This document shows, piece after piece, positions 9,315 through 19,367 of a DNA stretch of 64,000 bases. Within the stretch, counting starts at the first letter, position 1. Every line of letters starts with the position of its first letter. Under the pieces are notes generated by a model. It made no database searches. It saw nothing but the letters and a program-made list of their open reading frames with translations, and was not told the DNA's origin. Both the position numbers and the translations under genes were made by a program. Source of the stretch: an uncultured bacterium (lineage in GTDB: Bacteria > Patescibacteriota > Minisyncoccia > UBA6257 > 2-01-FULL-56-20); NCBI GenBank assembly GCA_963768625.1, contig CAVYIK010000003.1, positions 518,715 to 582,714 of the forward strand. Direction: 5' to 3'.

Positions 9315-10228
9315 AGCGATTTCACCGTTTTCTGGATGCCTTCCTTGAGGAGCGTTTTCGGCGTCCAGCCGAGCAACCGCTTTGCCTTCGCGAAGCTCAT
9401 CGAGATCCGCCTCACTTCTCCTTTCCGCCGCGGGGTGTAGCGCGGCTTCTTTTTGAAACCAATGGCCGCAGCAAGCGCTTTGAAAATATAACCGTCGGAA
9501 GTTTCGTGGTTCGAGGAGATGTTCACGATCTCCCCCGCGCCGCGCCGCAAACCCAGAAGATTGGCGTGCGCGACGTCCTCGACGTACACGTAATCCCGCG
9601 TCTTCTTCCCGTCGCCGAAGATGACGGGGATCGCATCGTGCCGCATCTGGTGGATGAAGATCGGGAAGATGCCGGCCCCGCCCTGCGGATGTTGGCGCGG
9701 CCCGTAGACGTTCGCATAGCGGAAAATGAGATAAGGAATGCCATAAGCGCCGCAATAGTAGGCGATCATTTGCTCGTCGATGTACTTTGAAAGCGCATAT
9801 GGAGAGAGCGGCTGTGGAAGAGTGAACTCGTCGGCGGGCAGCTTTTTAGGGTTGCCGTAGATCGCGCCGCCCGTGGATGAAAAGAGGAACTTTTTCTTCT
9901 TGCCCCCGGATTTTGCGAACGCAAGGATCACGTTCAAAGTGCCCGTCACATTGTTCGCGAACGTTTCCGCGGGCTTCTTCACAGATTCGGTCACACTGAT
10001 GAACGCAGCATGGTGGCTCACGGCATCGGGCCGTTCCTTGCGGAAGATGCGGTCGAGCGTGGCCGCGTTCCGGATGTCGGCTTTATAGAACTTCGCCTTT
10101 GCGGGGACATTGGCCGGAGATCCTTGGGAAAGGTTGTCGATGACGACAACCTTATGGCCGGCCTTCACGTACGCTTCCGCGACATGCGAGCCGATGAATC
10201 CTGCGCCGCCGGTAACAATTATTTTCAT
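9311..10228 (-). CDS. NAD-dependent sugar epimerase/dehydratase (SDR)
   Basis: MKIIVTGGAGFIGSHV Rossmann motif and a YxxxK context (PYALSK). Confidence 0.85.
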   Translation of the reverse strand: MKIIVTGGAGFIGSHVAEAYVKAGHKVVVIDNLSQGSPANVPAKAKFYKADIRNAATLDRIFRKERPDAVSHHAAFISVTESVKKPAETFANNVTGTLNVILAFAKSGGKKKKFLFSSTGGAIYGNPKKLPADEFTLPQPLSPYALSKYIDEQMIAYYCGAYGIPYLIFRYANVYGPRQHPQGGAGIFPIFIHQMRHDAIPVIFGDGKKTRDYVYVEDVAHANLLGLRRGAGEIVNISSNHETSDGYIFKALAAAIGFKKKPRYTPRRKGEVRRISMSFAKAKRLLGWTPKTLLKEGIQKTVKSL

Positions 10229-10231
10229 ATG

Positions 10232-11569
10232 TTATTTTGGATTGATGAAGATCGACTTGAGTGTTTTAAGGATGATAGCGAGATCGAGGATGGGAGAGCG
10301 GTTCTTCAGATAGTATACATCGTATTGGAGCTTTTCTTTGACGTCCTCCGTCGTGAGGTCGGCGCGGTGGTGGATCTGCGCCCAGCCGGTCACGCCGGGC
10401 GTGACGAGCAGCCGCACGTCGTAAAAGGGGATCCGCACCTTCAGTTTCTCAACGATCTCCGGCCGCTCCGGGCGCGGCCCCACGAACGAAAGGTCGCCTT
10501 TCACGATGTTCCAGAGCTGGGGAAGTTCGTCAAGATGCGAAGCACGGAGCACCTTGCCGACAGGCGTCACGCGCGCATCGTTTTTCGCGGCCCATTGTGC
10601 CCCGTTCCGTTCCGCATCCGCCCGCATCGTGCGGAACTTGTAGAGCGTAAAGGTGCGATTACTCCTGCCTATCCGCGCTTGCTTATAGATAGCGGGGCCG
10701 CGTGAAGTGGCCTTTACGATAAATGCGATCAGGATCTCGATGGGGAGGAGTACAATGCCGATCAGGACCGCCGCCAAAAATTCGATCGAGCGCTTGAAGG
10801 GATCGTAGAACCGCGCCACATTCTCGATGTTCTCGAGGAACCACGTTTCCCCGAGCTCGCCGAGAGGGATTTTCCGCATGATGGATTCGTAGAAACTTTC
10901 AACGTCCGCGATCAATATTCCGTTGCCGAAAAGGCGGTACAGGACGGCGGCGAGCGAGTTTTTTTGCTTGAACTCCCGCGGGACCACGACGAGGTTCGCG
11001 CCATGCTCCCGTACGGCGGTCTCGAGCACTCCAGGCGACTGGTATGCCGTTTCTTCTTTGATGCGCGCCGTCACGGCATAGCCGAGCTGCTTGTTCTCCG
11101 CAATGGTCCTTTCGATCTCCGTGGCCGCAGGCCCGTCTCCTACAAGAAACACTTTGTTCGGCGCCTCGCCCGTTTCCGTCGCACGGTTCCATGCGCGGCG
11201 CCAGGAGAGTTCGATCATGGCGAAGATCACGATGAAAAGTATCAAATTGGTCTTCGGCGCGATGCCGAAAGAGGGGATGAGATAGAAAAGGAGAATGGCG
11301 ACCACGGCGTTCGCGACGAGCGAGAGCGCAAGTGTCTTTAGGAAATCGATGTTGTTGCGAAGGCGGCGGAGGTCGTAGAGGCCCGCGATATAGAAGATAA
11401 GGAGCCAGGGGATGAAAATGATGGTGAAGGGGGTGGCATGGACATCCAGGAACTCCTGATAGAAGCTGCCTCCGTAGCGCAGGAGGAGCGTCAAAAGGAG
11501 CGCGGCATAGAGGGCCACGATGTCGCCCAGCAGCAGGAGCAGTACGGTTGCTTTACGCTTAAGCACCAT
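10232..11569 (-). CDS. polyprenyl-phosphate hexose-1-phosphate transferase (WbaP/bacterial sugar transferase)
   Basis: N-terminal TM helices plus a C-terminal bacterial sugar transferase domain (YKFRTM...DELPQLWNIVKGDLSFVGPRP). Confidence 0.85.
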   Translation of the reverse strand: MVLKRKATVLLLLLGDIVALYAALLLTLLLRYGGSFYQEFLDVHATPFTIIFIPWLLIFYIAGLYDLRRLRNNIDFLKTLALSLVANAVVAILLFYLIPSFGIAPKTNLILFIVIFAMIELSWRRAWNRATETGEAPNKVFLVGDGPAATEIERTIAENKQLGYAVTARIKEETAYQSPGVLETAVREHGANLVVVPREFKQKNSLAAVLYRLFGNGILIADVESFYESIMRKIPLGELGETWFLENIENVARFYDPFKRSIEFLAAVLIGIVLLPIEILIAFIVKATSRGPAIYKQARIGRSNRTFTLYKFRTMRADAERNGAQWAAKNDARVTPVGKVLRASHLDELPQLWNIVKGDLSFVGPRPERPEIVEKLKVRIPFYDVRLLVTPGVTGWAQIHHRADLTTEDVKEKLQYDVYYLKNRSPILDLAIILKTLKSIFINPK

Positions 11570-11615
11570 GCTTTTCTTTTAGCATACTAACGCAGAAAAC
11601 GGTAGACGGAACATA

Positions 11616-12362
11616 TCACTTGGCGTTCTTGTCCTTGAGGCGGATGTCTTCCGAGGTTTTTGTGAATGGCTTTTGGAAAAATATGATCCAGAAATAGTTT
11701 ATGGCATAGCGCAGACCCGTCGTAATGCCGCCTTCTTTCGCGAGCCGCCGCCCGGACGATTTGGTCGGCAGTTTGAACGTGAACTTCACCTTGCCCACCT
11801 TGTTCATGCGCTGCGCGATATCGGTATCCTCGCCGTAGAAATCGATCTCCGTCCGGTAACCGCCGATCTTCTCGAGGGCCGTCCGGCGGACGACGAAATT
11901 TCCTCCCTGTACGACCGGGAAAAGCCACGGTGCGAGCGTGTTCAGGATGAAACTCATACTATAGAAAAGGCGTGTCATGAAGCGCACTCTGAACGGCGAG
12001 TCGTAATAAACGAGCGGTCCCGAGAGCGCGACAAGCGCCTTATCGTCCTCAAATGCCTCCATCACCTTGCGGATCCAGCCGCGCGGGATGCGGTTGTCCG
12101 CATCGACGTTCGCAATGAGATCGCCCGTCGAAGCGTTGTAGCCGGCGCGCCGCGCGAACACAATTCCCTTCTTCTTTTCCTCCACGATCTTCACGCCGGG
12201 ATAGTGCCGCACGACCTCTTCCGTCCGGTCGGTGGAATTGTTGTTGACGACGATGACCTCTATGTCATAGGGGAGCCCCTGGCGTTGCGCAACGATCGCC
12301 TCAAGGCATTCGCCGATATATTCCTCCTCGTTGTAGGCGGGGATGACGAAGCTTAACCTCAT
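11616..12362 (-). CDS. glycosyltransferase family 2
   Basis: LSFVIPAYNEEEYIGECLEAI...VVNNNSTD and a DAD motif. Confidence 0.8.
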   Translation of the reverse strand: MRLSFVIPAYNEEEYIGECLEAIVAQRQGLPYDIEVIVVNNNSTDRTEEVVRHYPGVKIVEEKKKGIVFARRAGYNASTGDLIANVDADNRIPRGWIRKVMEAFEDDKALVALSGPLVYYDSPFRVRFMTRLFYSMSFILNTLAPWLFPVVQGGNFVVRRTALEKIGGYRTEIDFYGEDTDIAQRMNKVGKVKFTFKLPTKSSGRRLAKEGGITTGLRYAINYFWIIFFQKPFTKTSEDIRLKDKNAK

Positions 12363-12371
12363 GCCCTTATT

Positions 12372-13094
12372 TTACCGTATTGCTTTCCAGACCTTGCTAT
12401 AGGAGCGGTTGAAGACCCTGACATAGAAATAATTGATGCCCCACTGCCACAGCACGCGCGCCCAGCCGATCTCGTGCGCCCGCCGGCCGACATGGTAGAC
12501 CGTGAGGCGGCGGTCCATATAGGTGTGCCCGATCTGCGCAAGCCGCCGGAACATGTCGTTGTCTTCGGCGACGGCGAGGTGCGCCTGGAAGCCATGCGCC
12601 GCTTCAAACGCGCTCCGCTTGATCATCTGGAACTCTCCCGATGCGCTCCCGGTGTGGGCAATATTATTGTTGAACCAATGGTCCAGCCCCACGATGCCGA
12701 AAACGACATTGTCCATGAAGGTCGCGATCTCCGGGAGCACCATGAGCTTCACCGTGATTGCAACCAGTTTCGGGTCGGCGTCGAAATCGCTCAAGGCCTT
12801 CTTAAAGAATTCGTTCGGGTGCGGGACCGTAACATCCGCGTCGATAAAGACGAAGTAGTCGCCCGTCGCGATGTGGGCGCCGTTATTCCGGTTGCTTGCG
12901 ATCGTGTGGCTCGGGCTTGCGTCGACGACGACCTCGCCGTATTTTTTCGCGATCTCCACGGTGCGGTCGGTGCTGCCGCTGTCAGTGACGATGATCTCGT
13001 GGTCATATGCCGTTAGGTTGTCGCGGATCTGCCGTATCGTTTTCTCTATGATCTTCTCCTCGTTCAGCGTCGGGATGATGACGGAAATTTTCAT
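12372..13094 (-). CDS. glycosyltransferase family 2
   Basis: ISVIIPTLNEEKIIEKTIRQI...TDSGSTD and a DADV motif. Confidence 0.8.
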   Translation of the reverse strand: MKISVIIPTLNEEKIIEKTIRQIRDNLTAYDHEIIVTDSGSTDRTVEIAKKYGEVVVDASPSHTIASNRNNGAHIATGDYFVFIDADVTVPHPNEFFKKALSDFDADPKLVAITVKLMVLPEIATFMDNVVFGIVGLDHWFNNNIAHTGSASGEFQMIKRSAFEAAHGFQAHLAVAEDNDMFRRLAQIGHTYMDRRLTVYHVGRRAHEIGWARVLWQWGINYFYVRVFNRSYSKVWKAIR

Positions 13095-13103
13095 GGATAT
13101 GGA

Positions 13104-13697
13104 TTATACGTATGTTTTTATTTTCGCCTTTGCGTATTTTCCAAAGCCGTAGATGGCAAAGGCGCAGATCACAATGAGCGCGATCACGAACGCCCAACGC
13201 AAGCTTTTGTCCACGAATACATAAAGATTGCCGAGAAAGTATCCCACCGCCATGAGTATCCCGGTCCAGACGAACTGTCCAAGAAAGTTAAAAACAAAAT
13301 ATTTCTTGAAGGGAACCTTGGCCGCCCCTGCGGCGATGAGCGTGGCGAGTGCGAACCCGAACCCCATCGTGATCTTTGAGATGAAGAGGATCTTCCCCTG
13401 GTGGTCCTTGAAGAACTGTTCGGCCTGGTCGACGTTCTTTTCGTCCAAACTAAGGAAGCGCCCGTACTTGTCGATGAAGGAGCGGGCGCCGTGCCGTCCG
13501 AGGAGATACCAGAGTACGTCTCCGGTAAGGTCCCCGGCCATGAGGATGAGATAGATGGGCCAGAAGGAGAAGAAGCCGATGCGGACGAGGAATCCGGAGA
13601 TCATCATGACCACCGGCCCTTCGACGATAGCGAGGGGATAGGCGATAGGATAACGGAAGGTTAAGAGCCACAAAACAATGGGAGAAGCAAGCGGCAT
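13104..13697 (-). CDS. DedA/SNARE-associated family membrane protein
   Basis: Polytopic membrane protein of 197 aa whose layout (VEGPVVMMISGFL ... KITMGFG) resembles DedA. Confidence 0.65.
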   Translation of the reverse strand: MPLASPIVLWLLTFRYPIAYPLAIVEGPVVMMISGFLVRIGFFSFWPIYLILMAGDLTGDVLWYLLGRHGARSFIDKYGRFLSLDEKNVDQAEQFFKDHQGKILFISKITMGFGFALATLIAAGAAKVPFKKYFVFNFLGQFVWTGILMAVGYFLGNLYVFVDKSLRWAFVIALIVICAFAIYGFGKYAKAKIKTYV

Positions 13698-13741
13698 ATG
13701 CGTTCACCTTATTATAATGCATCGGAGTATAATAATCCCTA

Positions 13742-14404
13742 ATGGGAGGTATTTTCCGCGAACACCGGGGCGGTTTTTGGACCAAGACGCGCAAACGGTC
13801 GCTTTATCTGGGGCTTCTCCTTGTTGTGATCGCTATCGTGGTCCAGGTGACCGCAGGTCATTCTGCTTCCGCGCGCTCGGCTCTTGCAAGTCCCGAAACA
13901 GACCTTTTCTTGGACAATCTCCCCGTCGTGAACCTCGGGTTCATCATCGTGGGTGCCGCCATCCTTTTCTGGATATTTTCCTGCTGGCTCCTCGTGATCC
14001 ATCCCCGTTATTTGCCCTTCGGGACAAAAGCAATCGCCTTTTTTATCATCTGCCGGGCTTTCTTCGTGAACCTGACGCATGAGGGGATCTATCCGGGAAG
14101 CTTCATCCCGAGTGGGTACAATACCGGCTTCGGCTTCTACCATCTCATCACTTTTCAGGGAAATCTCTTTTTCTCCGGCCATACGGGATTCCCGTTCCTA
14201 ATGGCGCTCATCTTTTGGGGCAACAAGATCCTGCGGCGGTTCTTCCTCGGGGCGACCGTTGTTTTCGGAGCGAGCGTGCTTCTTGCGCACGTGCATTATT
14301 CGATAGATGTCTTTGCGGCACCCTTCATCGTCTATGGCATATACGCGATTACGGCGAAACTTTTCCCTGACGACCTTGCCCTTTTCACTAGCGAGCGGGT
14401 TTGA
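13742..14404 (+). CDS. membrane protein with PAP2_C / sphingomyelin-synthase-like motif
   Basis: FSGHTGFPFL ... HVHYSIDV resembles the SGH...HYxxDV catalytic pattern. Multi-TM. Confidence 0.5.
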   Translation: MGGIFREHRGGFWTKTRKRSLYLGLLLVVIAIVVQVTAGHSASARSALASPETDLFLDNLPVVNLGFIIVGAAILFWIFSCWLLVIHPRYLPFGTKAIAFFIICRAFFVNLTHEGIYPGSFIPSGYNTGFGFYHLITFQGNLFFSGHTGFPFLMALIFWGNKILRRFFLGATVVFGASVLLAHVHYSIDVFAAPFIVYGIYAITAKLFPDDLALFTSERV

Positions 14405-14416
14405 TATACTTCGCTT

Positions 14417-15251
14417 ATGGATACATGGGAACCGCAGGAAGAGGTATCGGTTGAGGGGACGACGACTCACCACAAGAAAGACCGGTTTCTCGCGGTGAGC
14501 ATTCTGGTCGCCGCAGTGCTTATCGGCGGCGCGGTCGTCTTTTCGACCCTCTACCATCCAGCCGCGAACTCCGCTCCTGCGGCCGCGCCTTCGGCGCCGA
14601 CCGCACAGAACGGACCGACGCAACCCTCGGCCGCCGCCATTGCCGCCGCGATGCAGCTCAACTCGGAGGACGTGGCATTGGGGAATGCAAACGCCGCGGT
14701 CACCGTCATTGAATATGGCGACTACCAATGCCCGTTTTGCATACAGTTCTTTACCCAAGTCGAGCCATCGCTCGTGAGCCAATACGTGAATACCGGGAAA
14801 GCAAAGTTTGTCTTTCAGGAATTTCCCCTTCATCGACCGGTTCCCCGGTTTGCCTGCGACGGCGAATGAATCGCACGATGCGGTTGCGGCGGCGGATTGC
14901 GCAAAGGACCAGGGCCAGTTCTGGCCCTATCATGATGCTTTGTATAACGCGAAGGTCGCCGATGAAGCGAAGGGCGGCAACGAGAACGATGGCCTTTTCA
15001 ACCGGACACTTTTCTCGAAGCTCGCGGGGCAGATGAGCATCAACCTTTCTACCTTCGCGAGTTGTCTTGCGAGCGGAAAGTATACCGCGGCGGTCCAGAA
15101 TGACTATACGACCGCGCAGGCAGCGGGGATCAATTCAACCCCGACCACATTCGTGAACGGCAAAGAAGTGGTGGATGCGAATGGTCAGAGCGTGGGGGCG
15201 AATGCAAGTGCTATTCTCGCGGCCGTCGCGTCAGCGGTAAAGGGGCAATAA
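14417..15251 (+). CDS. DsbA-like thiol:disulfide oxidoreductase, reading frame broken once
   Basis: YGDYQCPFC CxxC motif in ORF 14417..14869. It continues in ORF 14808..15251 (RNFPFIDRFPG...DQGQFWPYHDAL...INSTPTFFVNG-like). An extra C near 14816 shifts the frame. Confidence 0.7.
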
Positions 15252-15299
15252 CGGCGGGAACGGGTTGACGCGTGCTTTCCGTGACCGTAAAATAGATTG

Positions 15300-15470
15300 G
15301 TGACCGAGCATTGGATCGAAGGCGCCGTAGGGATCTGGATACTCCTTTCTCCGTGGCTTTTGGGGTACGCAGACCTCTCGCTCGCCAAGTGGAGCAGTGT
15401 TCTTTGCGGCCTCGTCCTTATCCTTATGAACGCTTGGAGCCTCTTCGGAGAAAAACAAAATAAAATTTAG
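15300..15470 (+). CDS. small SPW-repeat-like membrane protein (GTG start)
   Basis: Hand translation: VTEHWIEGAVGIWILLSPWLLGYADLSLAKWSSVLCGLVLILMNAWSLFGEKQNKI. It has two TM helices and an SPW motif. Not in the ORF track because it is short and has a non-ATG start. Confidence 0.4.
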   Translation: MTEHWIEGAVGIWILLSPWLLGYADLSLAKWSSVLCGLVLILMNAWSLFGEKQNKI

Positions 15471-15477
15471 AAATATT

Positions 15478-15719
15478 ATGGCAAAAGTGACCATTTACAG
15501 CACTCCCACTTGCGTCTATTGCAAGATGGCAAAGGATTTTTTCGCGAAGAAAGGATTGCCTACGAGGAGCACAACGTGGCGGTTGACCAGAAAGCGCGCG
15601 AAGAAATGTTTGCAAAATCCCACCAGATGGGCGTTCCCGTCATAGATATCGACGGACAGATCATCGTTGGGTTCGACAAGAAGACGTTGGAAGACCTCCT
15701 GCTTCCTGCGAAGAAGTAG
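15478..15719 (+). CDS. glutaredoxin/NrdH-like redoxin, one frameshift
   Basis: MAKVTIYSTPTCVYCKMAKDFF (CxxC) joins to ...IAYEEHNVAVDQKAREEMFAKSHQMGVPVIDIDGQIIVGFD in ORF 15510..15719. One base is missing near 15555. Confidence 0.65.
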
Positions 15720-15731
15720 TCATTATTTTTC

Positions 15732-16656
15732 ATGTACGACCTTATCATCATCGGAGGCGGTCCGGGCGGCATTGCCGCCGGCATTTATGCGGCGCGGAAA
15801 AAGATAAAGACACTTTTGATCACCGACAGTTTCGGCGGACAGTCGGCGGTTTCCGGCGAGATCCAAAATTGGGTCGGCACGCAAGTCCATTTCCGGCTAT
15901 GACCTCGCGAAAGCGCTTGAGGCGCACCTCCGTGCGCAGACAGACATTGATATTGTTGACGACGACCTTGCGACCGGCGTCGAGAAAAAAGACGGCGGTA
16001 TTTTCCATAGCGACGCGGAACGGGAAAACCTACGAAACGAAATATATTCTTCTCGCTTCGGGCAGCCGCAGGAAGAAGCTCGGCGTCCCGGGGGAGAAGG
16101 AATTCGACGGCAAGGGCGTCGTCTATTGCTCCATCTGCGACGCGCCGCTCTTCGAAGGAAAAGACGACGGCGGTCGTGGGCGGCGGCAACTCCGCGCTCG
16201 AATCGGTGATCGACCTCATTCCCGTACGCTTCAAAGATCTATTTGATGGTCCGTTCGGAGAATCCTGAAAGGCGATCCCGTGACGCAGGATAAGAGTAAA
16301 AAAGAATCCAAGGTGCAGATCCTTTGGAACACGGTCGTAGAGGAGATACGCGGCGAAGGACGTTGTGACCGGGGTCCGCTACAAGGACGTAAAGACCGGC
16401 GAAGCAAAGGAGATGCCGCTCGACGGCGTGTTCGTTGCGGTTGGCCTGCTGCCGAACTCCGATTTCTGTGAAGGACCTCGTGAAGCTTGACGAACATGGC
16501 CACGTCGTTGCGGACGCGCGGACGCAAGTGACCTCGTGCGACGGCATCTGGGCGGTGGGAGACGTGACGGATGCGCCCTACCGGCAGAACAACATCTCCG
16601 TCGGCGACGCGGTAAAAGCGGTTCTCAATATCTACGACCGCATTAAAAAAAGCTAA
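15732..16656 (+). CDS. trxB: thioredoxin-disulfide reductase, multiple frameshifts
   Basis: MYDLIIIGGGPGGIAAGIYAARK (FAD GxGxxG). Internal YCSICDAPLF redox-active CxxC and C-terminal WAVGDVTD. The pieces lie in three frames. Confidence 0.75.
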
Positions 16657-16692
16657 GACGGAGCTTGACAGCGCGCTGGCGGCTAAAATCTA

Positions 16693-16719
16693 TTGGCACT
16701 CAAAGGTCGCGAGTGCTAA
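16693..16719 (+). promoter_or_regulatory. CIRCE operator (HrcA binding site) upstream of groES
   Basis: TTGGCACTC-N9-GAGTGCTAA versus the consensus TTAGCACTC-N9-GAGTGCTAA, 16 nt upstream of the groES ATG. A TTGACA hexamer lies at 16665..16670. Confidence 0.8.
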
Positions 16720-16734
16720 AATCTATAAAAACGT

Positions 16735-17028
16735 ATGAATTTCAAACCATTATCAAATCATCTGTTCCTTGAGCCGCTCGAGGAAGAGAAAAAAACAAAG
16801 GGAGGCATCGTGCTGCCGGACACGGCGGAGAAAGAAAAACCGATAAAGGGCAAAGTGCTCGCCGTCGGTCCCGGCAAGCGGAGCGATAAAGGCGAATTGC
16901 GGCCGATGTCGGTCAAGGTGGGCGACGTGGTGCTTTTCAAAAAATATGGCCCGGACGAGATAGAGATTGAGGGGAAAAAATATCTGGTCGGCGACGAGGA
17001 CGACATTTTGGCGGTCATTAGTAATTAA
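16735..17028 (+). CDS. groES: co-chaperonin GroES
   Basis: 97 aa. KPLSNHLFLEP...GGIVLPDTAKEKP...GKVLAVGPG is a classic Cpn10 sequence. Confidence 0.95.
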   Translation: MNFKPLSNHLFLEPLEEEKKTKGGIVLPDTAEKEKPIKGKVLAVGPGKRSDKGELRPMSVKVGDVVLFKKYGPDEIEIEGKKYLVGDEDDILAVISN

Positions 17029-17031
17029 TCC

Positions 17032-18696
17032 ATGGCAAAACAGATCAAATTCAACGAGGACGCGCGCATGGCGATCAAAAAAGGGATCGACAAGCTCGCG
17101 CAAGCGGTCACAATGACGCTCGGCCCCCGCGGCCGCGCGGTCGTGATCGAAAAGGGCTACGGCGCGCCGCAGGTGACCTTTGACGGCGTGACCGTGGCGA
17201 AGGAGATCGAGCTTGAAGACAAGTGGGAGAACGTCGGCGCGGAGTTCATCAAGCAGGCGGCAGACAAGACGAACGACGGCGTGGGCGACGGGACGACGAC
17301 CTCCGTCGTCTTGGCGCACGCGATGATCGATGAAGGCGAAAAGGTGATCCGCGAGAAGGGATTCAATGTGATCCAGCTTGCGGAAGAGCTTAAGAAGGCA
17401 AGCCAGGCGGTGGTCAAAGCGCTTGAAGGCCAGCGGGAGCTCATCAACGACAATAAAAAAATAAAGGAGGTGGCGACGCTTTCCGCGAAGGATGAGGAGA
17501 TCGGGGGCCTTATCGCGACGGTGATGGAGAAAGATCGGGAAGGAAGGCGTTGTGACCGTGGAGGACTCGAACACGATCGGCAATTCGTTCGAGATCGTGG
17601 AAGGCATGCAGTTCGACCGCGGTTATGTTTCGCAATATATGGTGACGAACCAGGACAAGATGGAGGCGTCGCTTGAGGACCCATACGTGCTCGTGACAGA
17701 CAAGAAAATATCTTCCATCCAGGAAATACTGCAGCTGCTTGAGAAGATCGTGGCGAGCGGGAAAAAAGAGCTTTTGATCGTTGCGGACGAGGTGGAGGGC
17801 GAGGCGCTTACGACGCTTGTCGTGAATAAGCTCCGCGGCATTTTCAACGTGCTTGCGGTGAAGGCGCCCGGGCTTCGGCGACCGAAGAAAAGAGATGCTG
17901 CAGGACATTGCGATCGTGACGGGGGCGACGTTCGTTTCGGAGGACCTCGGAAAAAAACTGGATGCAGTGGAGCTTGATGACCTCGGCCGCGCGCACCGCG
18001 TGGTGTCCAATAAGGACAGCGACGACGATCGTCGGCGGCAAGGGAGAAAAAAAGGAGATTGACAGCCGCGTGGCGCAGATCAAGGCGCAGATCAAGAAGA
18101 CCGAGTCGGATTTTGATAAAGAAAAATTGCAGGAGCGGTTGGGCAAATTGGCCGGCGGCGTCGCTGTGATCAAGGTGGGCTCACCGACCGAAGCAGCGCA
18201 GAAAGAATTGAAGCAGCGCGTGGAGGATGCCGTTGCCGCGACGCGCGCCGCGATGGAGGAAGGCATCGTGCCCGGCGGCGGCATCGCGCTTTTCAACGTA
18301 AGCGTTGAGCTCGCACCGAGTGCGGCGGTTGGCAGCGGTAAAAAAGCGCGCGAGCGACGGCGTATCGCAGATCCTGACCCGTGCGCTTGAAGCGCCGCTC
18401 CGCGCGATCGTTGCGAACAGCGGCGAGTCGCCGGACCGCGTGATCGCGGAACTCCAGAAGCAGGGCCAACGAACCATGGAAAGGATTCAACGCCATGACG
18501 AACAAGATCGGCGACCTAAAGGATGCGGGCATCATTGATCCTCTTAAGGTAACGCGCGCCGCGTTCATGAACGCCATTTCCGTTGCCGCGAACTATCTGA
18601 CCGTCGGCGCCGCGATCACGAATATCCCGGAGAAGAAAAATCCACCCGCGATGGGCGGCGGCATGCCGGCGGCATGGGGACGGCGAGGACTACTAG
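17032..18696 (+). CDS. groEL: chaperonin GroEL, at least six single-base frameshifts in this assembly
   Basis: [12 protein letters not shown]...GPRGR...DGTTT. Conserved GroEL segments continue across ORFs 17032, 17552, 17962, 18305 and 18495. Extra bases lie near 17534, 17873 and 18017. A GGM-type C-terminus ends at TAG 18694-18696. Confidence 0.9.
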
Positions 18697-18743
18697 GACC
18701 AAATCGCCCCGTTCGTTCGTAAAACATGCTACAATAAGCTTAC

Positions 18744-19289
18744 ATGGCTTGGATAATCTTCATCATCATTGTTCTTATCGTGCTCTGGCTCGTGCTCGCC
18801 TATAACGGGCTTGTTCGCGCCCGGAGCCGTGCGCAGGAAGGATGGTCGGACATAGACGTGCAATTGAAGCGCCGGTACGATCTTATCCCGAACCTCGTGG
18901 AGACGGTAAAAGGATATATGGCGCACGAGGCGGGGGTTTTTGAAAATGTTACGAAGGCCCGCTCACAGGCGATGCAAGCCACGGGCGCGGCGAAAGCCGG
19001 CGCGGAGAATGCGCTCTCCGGCGCTTTGAAGTCGCTTTTTGCGGTCGCGGAAAATTACCCGCAGCTCAAAGCGAACGAGAACTTTTTGAACTTGCAGAAC
19101 CAGCTCACCGACACCGAGGACAAGATCCAGGCCGCCCGCCGTTTCTACAACGGCATGGTGCGCGACCTGAACATAAAGATCCAGATCTTCCCAACCAACC
19201 TTTTTGCGAACGCGTTCGGCTTCAAGCAGATGGATTTCTTCGGCGACCTCACGGACGCCGAGAAGCAGCCGGTCGCGGTGAAGTTCTAA
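18744..19289 (+). CDS. lemA: LemA family protein
   Basis: N-terminal TM then YNGLVRARSRAQEGWSDIDVQLKRRYDLIPNLVETVKGY, the LemA signature. Confidence 0.9.
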   Translation: MAWIIFIIIVLIVLWLVLAYNGLVRARSRAQEGWSDIDVQLKRRYDLIPNLVETVKGYMAHEAGVFENVTKARSQAMQATGAAKAGAENALSGALKSLFAVAENYPQLKANENFLNLQNQLTDTEDKIQAARRFYNGMVRDLNIKIQIFPTNLFANAFGFKQMDFFGDLTDAEKQPVAVKF

Positions 19290-19290
19290 G

Positions 19291-19355
19291 GGCGTGGGGG
19301 AGCTGCCCGTGCCTCCTTTTGGGATTTAAGTCGGCACAGGCAGCTCCCCCACGCC
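19291..19355. repeat. 23-bp-stem hairpin (one C/A mismatch, 19-nt loop) between lemA and htpX
   Basis: GGCGTGGGGGAGCTGCCCGTGCC ... GGCACAGGCAGCTCCCCCACGCC read directly. There is no T-tract, so a terminator role is uncertain. Confidence 0.6.
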
Positions 19356-19367
19356 ATTCATTCTCTT

